From positions 320,001-384,000 of the forward strand of contig CAWHXY010000007.1 of the NCBI GenBank assembly GCA_963833575.1: 64,000 nt of DNA, written 5' to 3'. The stretch comes from Candidatus Bathyarchaeota archaeon (GTDB lineage: Archaea > Thermoproteota > Bathyarchaeia > Bathyarchaeales > Bathycorpusculaceae). A model generated the notes under the pieces. It saw only the letters and a program-made list of their open reading frames with translations, was not told the DNA's origin and made no database searches. Shown here piece after piece: positions 39,810-50,191 of this stretch. The translations under genes were made by a program, and so were the position numbers. Position 1 is the stretch's first letter, and each line of letters opens with the position of its first letter.

Positions 39810-40260
39810 TTATTTTAGGTTCTTTGCGAACTCTTCTGCAAGTTTGAGGTCGTCTGAGTTTGGTCTACCTTTTTTTGTTCCGCGAATTAGCTTGAATGGC
39901 CCCCAAGTGTTTAGTCCAGCACAATTATATTCTCCAATAATCGAGTATCCTTTAGATTGCAACTCCTCTCTGAGAAGTGAGTGATATTTGGGTGCGTTCT
40001 TAGTATTCGCACAAGTAGAGAAAATGAACGCTTTTTTGTTAGTGCTTTTAGGGAGTTCATTTACGAATTTACGAAGAGTTTTGTGGTGTCTTCCAGCGTA
40101 AATTCCTGAACCGAAACCAACAAGGTCGTATTGTTGAAGTTCATCGGGATTAGTTTCTTCTGGTTTCTTTATTTTTGCATCAAGTGGCTTTTGCGATAAC
40201 TTCTGCTACTTTTTGGGTGTTGTTATGATGATATGAAACCAAGATTATTAGAGACTTCAT
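39810..40260 (-). pseudogene. Flavodoxin family gene with a +1 frameshift near 40186
   Basis: MKSLIILVSYHHNNTQKVAEVIAK / LDAKIKKP...DLVGFGSGIYAGRHH...FIFST...GRPNSDDLKLAEEFAKNLK; 451 nt = 3n+1. Confidence 0.85.
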
Positions 40261-40631
40261 GAGTTACTCAACTTATCCAGCTCATTGTTTGAATTTGTTA
40301 TTAACTTCTTCCTAACCAAGAACGCTTTGCCGGTTCTAAAGGAGACAGAAGCAACAACCCCTGCAATTTTGGATTAGTATTATTTCGAACCTCCAAATGC
40401 GTGGAGATGTCACCCGCATTCCCTTTTTTTAGTTCTAAGAAAGGTTATGTTTTGTTTCTTTGCTTATTTCTTTAGCCTATTCTGCAGGTTAACTAATATG
40501 ATGTTTTTCTCATAAGATTTAATAGCAGACTTTCATTGAAATTAGACCCTTGGTGCAAAAATGCTTCTATTGGCTAAGAACAAGAAACTTAGCTCCTGGT
40601 TATTTGCTGCTGGGTATTATTAATTGAACTC

Positions 40632-40859
40632 GTGGTTTGCTTAGGCACATATACCACTGTGGAAATGTTTTGTCAAACGAATTTCAGTATAGTAGTTCCC
40701 ATACCTAGACAAGTTCAACCGTATCAGCCGATAGGAGCTAGTTTATTAATTACAGCATTCGTAATGTTTGCAATTTCACTTTACCAACCCAAAGAAAAAA
40801 TTGAGAAAATTGAACTTACAAGGCGAATAAAAGAGCCCAGAAAAAAATGTCTTCGCTGA
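40632..40859 (+). CDS. Small membrane protein, possibly frameshifted from an ATG at 40561
   Basis: One TM; upstream hydrophobic segment in another frame. Confidence 0.35.
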   Translation: MVCLGTYTTVEMFCQTNFSIVVPIPRQVQPYQPIGASLLITAFVMFAISLYQPKEKIEKIELTRRIKEPRKKCLR

Positions 40860-40981
40860 TTTCAGTCAAAGTTTCTTGAATGAGCTGTTTAGGAAATGAT
40901 AGATGGTTTTATCTTCAAAATATCCAAAAAATTATTATTTCATCAAGAGACACATTATTGGGAACGCAACAATTGCATAGA

Positions 40982-41509
40982 ATGTATAAACTATTGATTA
41001 TTATGGTGGTAATTCTTGCCGTTTTAGCAGTTGCTATAATAATGGTAATTAATTACGATAGGTTACAAAGTGGTAATAACTCTTCTCCAAGCCTCACATC
41101 AAGAAGCGATGTCAACAATGGGCTGCAACTCTCAATTACTCTTCATGCAATTAACGCCCAATATAAATTAGGGGAAGCGATGCCAATAACCTTTACAATC
41201 ACTAATAGCAAGCAATCAATAAATTTCTATAACACTTATGTAAGTTCAAAGTTTAACTTCCAAGTCTATAACTGTTCTCATAGCAAAATTTACTCATGGT
41301 TTTTGGGAGCTTATTCTCTGACTAATGAAACTATAGCTCTTGGTCCTCAAGAGAGTTATTCGAAAACTCTTGATTAGTCTCAAGATAGTAATATGGGAAC
41401 TTTGAGTCACCAAGTCCCCGCTGGAACCTATTACATTGAAGGCGAAATTGGGGAAAACACGCCATACCAATTTCAAACGTCACAACTAAAATTGACTGTT
41501 ACACAATAA
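40982..41509 (+). pseudogene. Membrane-anchored BsuPI/Ig-like protein interrupted by in-frame TAG (41375-41377)
   Basis: Frame continues SKTLD*SQDSNMGTLSHQVPAGTYYIEG...KLTVTQ to TAA at 41507-41509. Confidence 0.7.
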
Positions 41510-41924
41510 TCGGATTATGATTTCTTGACCCGTGTTGTCGAGTTTCTCGATTTGAGGGAAAATTTAAGTTACTTAAACTGAAGCCAAAATTCAAGTTCAA
41601 TGGTTAAATTTTTAGCGTTGAAGTTTAAGTCACTAAATACTATATGGCTGATTTCCAAGATAACACGGATTGTTTCAAGAAATTCTTTGCAGAATTGCGT
41701 TTCTTATATTAATTCACTATTACATAAGAATCAATGAACACATGCAAAAATGCTTTGAGTTTTAAAAAATTTCTCAACTCGTATAGAAAAGGATTCTGTG
41801 AACTCTCAGAGGGAAGCTTCTCCATGTAAACTTTCAAGGGTTCTGGTTAATCTTAAAACTTTAACTAAATACATTCATGGAACACATATAAAATATTTAG
41901 ACAGAGAGACTTAGATAGTTTGCT

Positions 41925-42047
41925 TTATCGTAATTTTCTCTCTTGTCTTTTTAACTCAAATTCTTTTTTTCGTAGGGCTTCTTTGGCGTCGCCTAATGTA
42001 ACAACTTCAACGGTGTTTCCAGCGATAACGACTTTAAATGCTACCAT
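41925..42047 (-). CDS. 40-aa hypothetical micro-protein, not in ORF track
   Basis: MVAFKVVIAGNTVEVVTLGDAKEALRKKEFELKRQERKLR; AGGTGA upstream. Confidence 0.45.
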   Translation of the reverse strand: MVAFKVVIAGNTVEVVTLGDAKEALRKKEFELKRQERKLR

Positions 42048-42662
42048 TTCTAATCCCACTTCTATTCACCTACAATTTTGTACTGTGTTAGTTAGCAACT
42101 TAAGACCTGTGAACCTCGAATCAATATTTGAAATAACGTTACTTTACACAAACTTGATTGATTTTCTCAGAAATATCTAGACCGAGAAACAGAAGACAGG
42201 CTGTTATAGTAAAAAAGGCTCTGTGAAGTTCTAGTCACTAAAATTAATTTCTTTGTCCATATGAAAAGTTATCACCCTTTAATTAGCGCGGTTTGGAAAA
42301 TGTATGAAACAAAGAATTTTGAGGGAATCAAAACCAGAAGAGCTTCTGGAGTTGAGGATTCAATTGCGGTTGCTCTTGCAACAATTAAAAGGTGTCCAGA
42401 ATCTGCCAAAATCTAAGTCACCTTAGAATACTTAGGTTCTCAGAAAATTGCTATTTCATCTGCAGACCTCCTGTGTTATCTTGAAAGTCTAATGTTGTTT
42501 TAAATGTCACTTAGATGGTTGTTCTCAATTTTAAACTATAAAAACTAACTTTCTGTAGTTAGTTTGACTCACATTTAAACTCATAAACCTAATTTCAAAA
42601 TATCTCAAGAATTCGCTTAGTACAACACAAATAAATAGACTAGACCGCATTTATTAATGTAA

Positions 42663-43511
42663 ATGCAAGTTTTTAAGCAACATAAAAAAATAGTCTTAAT
42701 CGCAATTTTGTTAGTTGTCATACTGATTGTCTCACTGTTCATTATACAGAACACCTCTAAGCCTTCCCCCGTAGCCACACCCTCACCGACACCCACAATT
42801 CTGTCAACACCAACAACTCACCCGACAAAAACACCTTCCATCTCTCCGACCTCAACCACACCCTCTCAAACACCCAGTCCAACTTCGGGGGAAACTAAGC
42901 AGCAGATGGAAAGTGGACAGCCGACGTACACACTTTACCCCGGAGAAGTTACCCACTATCAGAATCAAACCCTAACACCAATTAGCGCTTACATCCAAGA
43001 CTTAGTTCAACATCCTGACGTTTCAATCGAGGGCGCACAGAACATAGATCAGTCAACTTATCGCCTAACTGTTGACGGTCTAGTTAACAAAACCATGGAG
43101 TATACCTACGAGGACGTAATCAATAACTTCCAATTAAATCAAACAGTAGCAACACTTTTGTGCGTAGAGGGCTGGAGTGTCACAATGTTATGGCAAGGTG
43201 TGCTTGTGAACTCTTTGCTCCAAGATGCAGGTGTCAGCCCAAATGCGACAACCATAATTTTCTCCGCCTCCGACGGTTACACCACTGAGCTTCCATTAAC
43301 CTATATCGTGCAAAACAACATAATCTTAGCTTACAAAATGAACAATGTCACGCTTACCCCCCAGTTAGGGTTTCCTTTCATGTTGGCAGCCCAAAACCAA
43401 TATGGATACAAATGGATAATGTGGGTAACGGGAATTGAAGTATCAAATGACACCAGTTACCTTGGGTATTGGGAAAGCAGAGGCTACCCTGACAACGCTA
43501 CCGTTTCATAG
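42663..43511 (+). CDS. Molybdopterin-dependent oxidoreductase (sulfite oxidase/MsrP-like), membrane-anchored via a P/T linker
   Basis: CVEGWS, WQGV, DGYTTELP, GFPF, YGYKWIMWV, GYWESRGY. Confidence 0.9.
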   Translation: MQVFKQHKKIVLIAILLVVILIVSLFIIQNTSKPSPVATPSPTPTILSTPTTHPTKTPSISPTSTTPSQTPSPTSGETKQQMESGQPTYTLYPGEVTHYQNQTLTPISAYIQDLVQHPDVSIEGAQNIDQSTYRLTVDGLVNKTMEYTYEDVINNFQLNQTVATLLCVEGWSVTMLWQGVLVNSLLQDAGVSPNATTIIFSASDGYTTELPLTYIVQNNIILAYKMNNVTLTPQLGFPFMLAAQNQYGYKWIMWVTGIEVSNDTSYLGYWESRGYPDNATVS

Positions 43512-43512
43512 T

Positions 43513-43766
43513 TTAGCCAGTTTTTGCCATTGCTATTATGTATTTTGTATTGTGGGTGTTATTACCTATCTCATCTTGGATTGTTGGGACAGTTAATGTC
43601 TGGTTTGTCCCCCTTGAATCATAATCCAGCTATGACTCTGTTGAAAATGGTTCCGTCATAGAAGCCCTGCTTCACAAGATTCAAGAAATTCTGTGTTGTT
43701 ATTGGTTTATCATCACGCAACTGGATGGGTCATTCCTCCCCAAACAGAAACTTGAACTATTGGCAT
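43513..43766 (-). pseudogene. Chimeric remnant: 4-oxalocrotonate tautomerase start joined to a cyclophilin fragment
   Basis: [13 protein letters not shown] then [39 protein letters not shown]...IAMAKTG*. Confidence 0.75.
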
Positions 43767-43886
43767 TTCATTTTTACCTCAAATAACCATTTGTTATTAC
43801 GTCCAATTAATGTAAGCTAACGCATGCTGTGTTTGCGCAAAAATTTAAAGGTGGATTCAAGCTCATATGTTTGAGGGCTAACAATC

Positions 43887-44339
43887 GTGGATCCGATTCA
43901 GAAGGCGAATCTAAAAGCAATTGACCCTGAAGCGTTAACCATTAGAAAATTATCTACAAAAGATGATACGTTTTTTGTTGAATTGCCTTTAGATAGCGTT
44001 CCGCAAGAGGATTGGCAAGAACTTTTTCAAGCGGAATTGAAAAAAATAGGTAAACCGTTAGCTATACTTAAAAGCTCACAGGATTTTTTCCCGAAATTTG
44101 AAGTCAACTATCCAGACAGTTTAAAAGAGGACACAATTTCAATTATTACTAATCCAAAAAAACTCCAAGAAGACATCAAGTTAGTTATGCAGTTGGTGGA
44201 AACAATCAATGATCGGGTTGACCGACACAACAAAGAAGTAAACGAAGAAAACGAGAAAGAAAAACTAAAAACCCAAAATAATAAAGAAACTATACGCAAA
44301 ATGCGTGAATCTCTCAAGAAAAATCCACCCACCCTCTAA
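43887..44339 (+). CDS. Hypothetical protein with C-terminal coiled coil
   Basis: GAGGG before GTG; charged helical tail. Confidence 0.7.
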   Translation: MDPIQKANLKAIDPEALTIRKLSTKDDTFFVELPLDSVPQEDWQELFQAELKKIGKPLAILKSSQDFFPKFEVNYPDSLKEDTISIITNPKKLQEDIKLVMQLVETINDRVDRHNKEVNEENEKEKLKTQNNKETIRKMRESLKKNPPTL

Positions 44340-44524
44340 ACTTATTAAACTTTGAAACCCCGGACTATTCTATGGAAACAAGAGCTTGGAACAAGTAAAT
44401 ACAGCCGAAAAAGACTTTCCAACTTTTGCTCCAAAATAACATGAATGCAATGCGTTATCAAGCACCATTTGAATTGCAGAAAAGTTATAGCCAAACGAAG
44501 ACTTTCATTCAAATGCTATTTGCG

Positions 44525-44992
44525 ATGGTTGACGTAAGAGAACTTCTCGCATATAACGATGTTGAGAGATGTGCATTCTTTAGGGCATTCGAAAAACTTT
44601 CGTGGGATGAATTCATCAAGAATAGAGAAGCCAGTTTCAATTCGATTAGAAACATCTTCATACACACATTAAACGCAACAGACTATTGGCTGGATTTTCT
44701 TCAAAATGATTGCCAACGATCAAAGAAGAAATTCGAGGAATATACTACTTTGAAAGAAATAGAGGCTTACATGAAACATGTGGAGAAGCGTATGCACGAT
44801 TACCTTGAAGTGTTGTCTCCTGAAAACCTAAAGAAAAAGTATGTGGCTAATGGACGCGGGAAACCTGAAACATTGACTGCTGAAGACATTTTGGTTCATG
44901 TTTTCGAAGAAGAAGTCCATCATCGAGGTGAATTGATAGCATTGTTCTGGCAGATGGGTATTGAACCCCCTGTAATAGGATACCCGCCATAG
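44525..44992 (+). CDS. DinB/YfiT family protein
   Basis: SIRNIFIH, HVFEEEVHHRGEL, GIEPP. Confidence 0.9.
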   Translation: MVDVRELLAYNDVERCAFFRAFEKLSWDEFIKNREASFNSIRNIFIHTLNATDYWLDFLQNDCQRSKKKFEEYTTLKEIEAYMKHVEKRMHDYLEVLSPENLKKKYVANGRGKPETLTAEDILVHVFEEEVHHRGELIALFWQMGIEPPVIGYPP

Positions 44993-45115
44993 AACACATC
45001 TTGGAATTTCTTCTTGAACTACTTTTCTTCATCTTTAAAATCCAGTTAGAAGTTTGACGTGAAATGATTTAGTGATTCTTAATGGTTCTCAATTCTTAAC
45101 TTGCTTTGGCAGTTC

Positions 45116-45343
45116 TTAGGTATTCGCGCAATTTCTGAGGTGTGTTATGTGAGAATGAACAAATTCTTGTTCTGCAAGGGCTTCAGTTATTAGGTCTTGG
45201 ATGGCAGAGTTCACATTGCCTTCAAAGTATGGTTTCACGATTTTTTCGTTAAACTCAGTAAACAAAGAAGAAGGAACGTTATGAAACGTTAAGTCCACAA
45301 GGAACTCCTTTTCCATGATTAAGCTCGCTTTTCTTTTTTTCAT
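45116..45343 (-). CDS. Small hypothetical protein (RHH-like)
   Basis: 'FHNVPSSL...NSAIQDLITEAL'. Confidence 0.6.
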   Translation of the reverse strand: MKKRKASLIMEKEFLVDLTFHNVPSSLFTEFNEKIVKPYFEGNVNSAIQDLITEALAEQEFVHSHITHLRNCANT

Positions 45344-45491
45344 GTATGACCAATTATTTCTAAAACATTTTGAGCTTAAATAGTTTATTAAGTATTACGA
45401 TTTATTAATGATATTGACAGGAACAAACTATTAGATACTTTATTTGGTGACGACCCAACCAACTGGAAATATCCAATATCCACCATTTATT

Positions 45492-45968
45492 TCACTGTTC
45501 AATCCACGACATATCATGCCCACCTTGCAAGTAATCATGTCTCCAAACTATTTCTGCAACAGGAAAAACCCAAGTGTAGTTTCCTTCAGCATCCGCATGA
45601 TGTATTAGTTGTATAGTCTCATCGATCCGTACAACAGGCATTATGTGCCAACCCTGACCGTTACCCAGAGCTAACGAAATCAGGCAAGGTTTTTGCTCTT
45701 CCAAAAGTGATTTGATACGATTCACTTTATCTATTCCTTTGGTGAAGCTCTCTACCTCGATATTGATTGTAGGATACTCACTTCTAATTTTTGCTGAAAC
45801 AGAGTCAAAACTATTACCTTGCTTAAGGTCAAAATCCTCCTGAAAGGTATCAAGATTCACCCCTTGAATCTTCAAATAACGAATTACCCACTCATAACCT
45901 GATGGAATACAACCAGATTCATGACGTTGCGGAACTCTAGTTTTGCTCCAGTCTAATAATTGTGTCAT
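45492..45968 (-). CDS. Putative papain-fold/C39-like cysteine peptidase
   Basis: PQRHESGCIP (Q..C), GWHIMPV (H), downstream D. Confidence 0.55.
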   Translation of the reverse strand: MTQLLDWSKTRVPQRHESGCIPSGYEWVIRYLKIQGVNLDTFQEDFDLKQGNSFDSVSAKIRSEYPTINIEVESFTKGIDKVNRIKSLLEEQKPCLISLALGNGQGWHIMPVVRIDETIQLIHHADAEGNYTWVFPVAEIVWRHDYLQGGHDMSWIEQ

Positions 45969-46258
45969 TGTTAGCAGAGTAATATAGAAAATCATAACAG
46001 TTTAAGATTGCTGACTCGAAATGTATTCTGGAAAAAGCCGTTGGAACATTTACCTCCGTCGTTGATGTTCTATAACACTTGGAAAAAATCCCTGAACCAG
46101 CAGGTGCGGCGAGAGCAGAGAACAAGCAAACAACATTGTGATTACGGTCGTTAATTAGAACGAGAACTTCACCAAGAGTTTTTTGAAAACGGATAAGAGC
46201 GCGTTAACGAAAGAAGCTAGCGCTTAAATCGAAGAAATCAAAGATGCATCAAAGGAAC

Positions 46259-47326
46259 TTATTCTTTTGTCCTCAAAGCTTCGGGAACGTAGATACATCT
46301 TGGGTCTGACCCCAAAATATCTCCTGTGTAAAACAGCGCTGACGAACGGCACCCACCGCAAATTTCCTTGTATTCGCAGACCCCACATTTCCCTTTTAGC
46401 TTGCTCTTATCTTTAACGTTATTGAAGAACTCGGAGCTTTGCATTTCAACCCATATCTGCTTGATCGACTTATCCTTGATGTTGCCAAGCCTGTAGAAGT
46501 CGTTGTAGCTACATGGGATGGCGTCGCCGTTTTCTGCCACGCTCATGAATTTGCCAAAGAAGCATCTGCCTAAGAAAAAGTTGTTGTACCAGTTGTCAAA
46601 GTCAATCATTCCTCGTTGCTTGGCTACTCGAGCATAGAATGGAATGTAAATGTTGATTCCAGGCATTCCTTTGTATTCTTGGGTTAAGTCGTAGAGTTTG
46701 TTACATACCCACTCATACTGTTGGGGTGTAGGCTCAGCTTTGAGGTTGTTTTTGTCTTTGCTGTAAGGTATCATTCCGTGAAAAACGACCCAGCGCGCAT
46801 CGTATTTCTTAGCCAAATCTAAAACGTGGCGCATATCTACTTCATTTACGTTGGTGACTTCACCGGAATTAGCAAATGTATAGACGAGGCAGTTTAGGAG
46901 TTTTTCTTTCGAAAATCGTTTTATCGCCGCAACTGCAGCCGCATAAGCGCCTTTGCCTCGGATAGCGTCGTTTGTTTTTCTTCCACCGTCAATGCTTATG
47001 GAGATTTTGGTTTGGTTCTTAACGATTTTTTGGAAGGCTTCCTCGTTGAGGAGTCTCCCGTCAGTTATGATGCTTGTGTTCAAGCCCTTTTCTGTGGCGT
47101 AATCGAGAACTTCAAACAGATCCTTTCGGAGAAACGGTTGGCCACCGGTGATCCCAAAAAAGCTTGCGCCAAAATCGTGAACCTCATCAACGATCTTCAT
47201 TGCTGAAGCAGTGTTCACTTCATCTGTGGCAGCTGGTTTACCTGCTGAAGTACAGTGCACACAATTGCTTTTACATTCGAACGTACATCGCCAAGGAACA
47301 ATGAACAGGGGACCTTTATTTTTCAA
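46259..47326 (-). CDS. Radical SAM protein with SPASM domain (Ahb/NirJ/PqqE-like)
   Basis: CKSNCVHC, TGGQPFLRKD, SIDG, PCS, CGVCEYKEICGGCR, DPRC. Confidence 0.92.
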   Translation of the reverse strand: MKNKGPLFIVPWRCTFECKSNCVHCTSAGKPAATDEVNTASAMKIVDEVHDFGASFFGITGGQPFLRKDLFEVLDYATEKGLNTSIITDGRLLNEEAFQKIVKNQTKISISIDGGRKTNDAIRGKGAYAAAVAAIKRFSKEKLLNCLVYTFANSGEVTNVNEVDMRHVLDLAKKYDARWVVFHGMIPYSKDKNNLKAEPTPQQYEWVCNKLYDLTQEYKGMPGINIYIPFYARVAKQRGMIDFDNWYNNFFLGRCFFGKFMSVAENGDAIPCSYNDFYRLGNIKDKSIKQIWVEMQSSEFFNNVKDKSKLKGKCGVCEYKEICGGCRSSALFYTGDILGSDPRCIYVPEALRTKE

Positions 47327-47520
47327 GCTTTTTTCTCCAAGGAGCTTATGTATTAATCCAAAACAATTATTTGGGTATTTAACGCTTCACATTTTCCTTC
47401 GGTTTTCGGAAAAGAAGATTCAGGATGAAAAAAGACTTATGAGAAAGAGAAAATGAATGATTGGAAGAAAGTTGAAACTAGCGAGCGTAATTGTAGTCGT
47501 TATCAAAACATAAACTTAAA

Positions 47521-47937
47521 TTATTTTGGCTTTTCTTTCTCATAAAGATAGAGCGGTTCTTCTTTTAGCATGTCCAAAGCTCTCTGTGTTTGAGTAGTTG
47601 ATAGCTTGCATGTTTCGGGGTCAATTAAAAACGGCAGTTTATCAGGAGCATTTTCAAGAATATGCAAGTCTTCCCAAGTGACTTTGACGTCTTCATAAGG
47701 CATGTTGTTTTCATCTACATCCATAACCCAAGTGCCCGCATCTAATTCATCGCCTTCACTTAAAGTCGTAAATGGCCCAAGCAAACTCTTATTATCTGTA
47801 TTATAGAGAAAAACCACAGTACCCGATTTTAGTTCATCCACAAGCTTTGACTCCTTGTCCGAGCAAGTATAGCGTTTTCTGCTTAAGCATTGTTGCTGGG
47901 AACTATTATTACAAAAAAGTACATAACCGTCATACAT
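47521..47937 (-). CDS. DCD (development and cell death)/PUA-like domain protein
   Basis: GYVLFCNNSSQQQCL...LKSGTVVFLYN...LLGPF resembles the DCD pattern. Confidence 0.6.
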   Translation of the reverse strand: MYDGYVLFCNNSSQQQCLSRKRYTCSDKESKLVDELKSGTVVFLYNTDNKSLLGPFTTLSEGDELDAGTWVMDVDENNMPYEDVKVTWEDLHILENAPDKLPFLIDPETCKLSTTQTQRALDMLKEEPLYLYEKEKPK

Positions 47938-48084
47938 AATTTAACAAAACCTTCTATACTTTTAGTAACTTGGCGCTTATTTTGTTTTTCTATGAAATCT
48001 TCTCGACGAATTTGATTTTACGTAAACCTGAACTATAGAAAATTTAAATTACACAGCAAGATTATCTTTGCTAACTCGAATCAG

Positions 48085-49476
48085 GTGGAATGCAGTTTAA
48101 AGGCTCTTTCAGTAACGAAGTTCGGTGGCAGCCTTCTTGATGTAGAAGGCAAAGGAATCCCGAAAATCATAAAGCAAATAAGAGAAATCAATCAAAAAGA
48201 CGGCTTTGGTCCGATAGTTGTTTTCTCTGCTCCAACAGGCTGCACTGATGCGCTCATAAAAATAGGAGAATCTTATGCCCAAGCCTGCTCGCTTCCTTTA
48301 GACCCTGTTTTCGAAGTTTATGAAAGGTTAACAAAGAAGTATGTTAAGGGAAAATGGATTCAACAAGCAGTAAATGATTTGGCTAATTACAAAACGTTAA
48401 CGCAAGCAACTTTAGACTCAGTAAACAAACGTTTCAGCGGCAACATTAAAGCGAGAATCCTCACTTTGGGCGGAGAACTCGCCATGTCAACGTTGGCAGA
48501 TTATATTATAAAAAGCAGCGGTTGTGACTCATGTTGTGTTTCGCTAGAAGATTGGCCAATTGTAACGGATGATAATTTTGAGGATGCAATTCCGAACTAC
48601 GAGCTGAGCAAAAAAAGAATTCATTCGTTGATTGAGCCACTTGAAGATGGAAAAATAGTTTCTTTAGCAGGTTTTCTAGGTGTTACCCCAGACGGGCTTG
48701 AAACCATTTTGGGCCGAGGAGGTTCAGATTTAACGGCGGTTTTCACATCTTGCCTCCTAAAAGATCTGTATCACACTGAAACGCTGTTGTACAAAGATGT
48801 GCCAGTTCAAAGTGCCGATCCAAAAGTGGTGCGTGGACAAAAAACTGACCATGTTAAATCACTCACTTATAATGAGGCACACAAGGCCTCAATGATGGGG
48901 ATGAAAATAGTGCAGAGCCCAGCAATCGCTATGGCAAGACGTTTCAATCAGCCTTTGAGAATAGTGCCAATCGATGAACCGCTAATGTACTCCTTAATTG
49001 AAGCTGAAGAAAGAGGCGGAGAAATAGTCAAGTGTTTGACAGGCAAATCCAGATGTGCAATCTTGTCAATGAACGATGAAAAAAGCCGCTCATTGGAAGA
49101 TTCCCTGAGAATATGGGAGAGAAGAAATGATTTTATGGATTTGGGCGCTGAAACTATGGAGACGGGAGAGCAGATTCGTGATTTCCTCTTTTTAGATTCA
49201 GACTTCTTAAAGAGAAACGAGGAAAAACTCAAAGGCTTTGACGAAAATATGAAAATAGAATATGGTTTAGGCGTAGTTACCTTGATTGGAGACAGAATGA
49301 AAGATTCACCCGGAATCGCTTCATTAGCTATTAGCGCAATCTCAGGCATTAACATAAAAAGAGGAATCTTTGCGCCTCACACTTCACAGATAATTCTTGT
49401 TGTTGAAGAAAAAAACATTAATGCAACGGTTGCAGCCATCCATTCAAGAAAGCAGGAATTGAACAATAAAGAGTAG
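48085..49476 (+). CDS. Aspartate kinase with C-terminal ACT domain
   Basis: KFGGS, GGE, LGRGGSDLTA, SADPKVV, LTYNEA. Confidence 0.9.
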   Translation: MECSLKALSVTKFGGSLLDVEGKGIPKIIKQIREINQKDGFGPIVVFSAPTGCTDALIKIGESYAQACSLPLDPVFEVYERLTKKYVKGKWIQQAVNDLANYKTLTQATLDSVNKRFSGNIKARILTLGGELAMSTLADYIIKSSGCDSCCVSLEDWPIVTDDNFEDAIPNYELSKKRIHSLIEPLEDGKIVSLAGFLGVTPDGLETILGRGGSDLTAVFTSCLLKDLYHTETLLYKDVPVQSADPKVVRGQKTDHVKSLTYNEAHKASMMGMKIVQSPAIAMARRFNQPLRIVPIDEPLMYSLIEAEERGGEIVKCLTGKSRCAILSMNDEKSRSLEDSLRIWERRNDFMDLGAETMETGEQIRDFLFLDSDFLKRNEEKLKGFDENMKIEYGLGVVTLIGDRMKDSPGIASLAISAISGINIKRGIFAPHTSQIILVVEEKNINATVAAIHSRKQELNNKE

Positions 49477-49635
49477 TTTAGGTAAGCCGAAGGCGGAAAA
49501 ATTCAAGCTGGAGGAAAGTGAGTGCTTTTTGCGTCATTAAGTCCAAACTAAAAAAGTTGTTACAGCTATATTTTGAAGAAACCCATGTATCACAAAGCAC
49601 TCGCTTTGCTATCACAGGCAAAATATGGCTCGCTT

Positions 49636-49959
49636 TCAAGAAGTCTCGCGAGGATCCTTGTTCAGTAAGAGATAACTACAGTATATAATGATGACAACAT
49701 CGATTGCTGCGGCAATTAACGGATTAAGTGAGTGACTAGTTATGTGAATGACTGTTCCACCGATTCCGTCTATCAAAGAAAAAATCAAGCATAGATAAAT
49801 GAACAGGTTTTTGCCAACAAAAAAGCCAATACTTATGACGATGTAAATCACCCCAAATATGATATCTATTGTTGAGGCGCTAGTCTGTGTTGCAGAAAGG
49901 GAAAACCCAACAGTCAAATGGAAAACTGCAGAAATCAAGATAAGGACATAAAATCTCAC
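49636..49959 (-). CDS. Small 4-TM membrane protein
   Basis: Four hydrophobic helices. Confidence 0.6.
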   Translation of the reverse strand: MRFYVLILISAVFHLTVGFSLSATQTSASTIDIIFGVIYIVISIGFFVGKNLFIYLCLIFSLIDGIGGTVIHITSHSLNPLIAAAIDVVIIIYCSYLLLNKDPRETS

Positions 49960-50191
49960 ATTTTCCTAAACGTTGCTTATGATTCTTAATTCATCCTCTT
50001 AAAAACGCTTCTGAACTGTGTTTTAAGAGACATCATTTATGGCCTTAGTTGCTTGACGGTTTCTTCCCTATCTCCTTTATTCGTCAAGTGTTTCTTGACC
50101 GGAGTTCGGTGAAACGCCTAAGAATGCAAAAGTATTTGAGAAACAATTGTCGACTTGTTTGTAATTGCCCTTGCATGATTAAGAAGGACGT

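Noticed and set aside
49505-49610. RNase P RNA (GAGGAAAGT) or MITE (aaagtgagtgcttt / aaagcactcgcttt inverted repeat)
   Set aside because: Spacer too short and other RNase P motifs absent; single copy with no target duplication; most likely terminator-related between convergent genes
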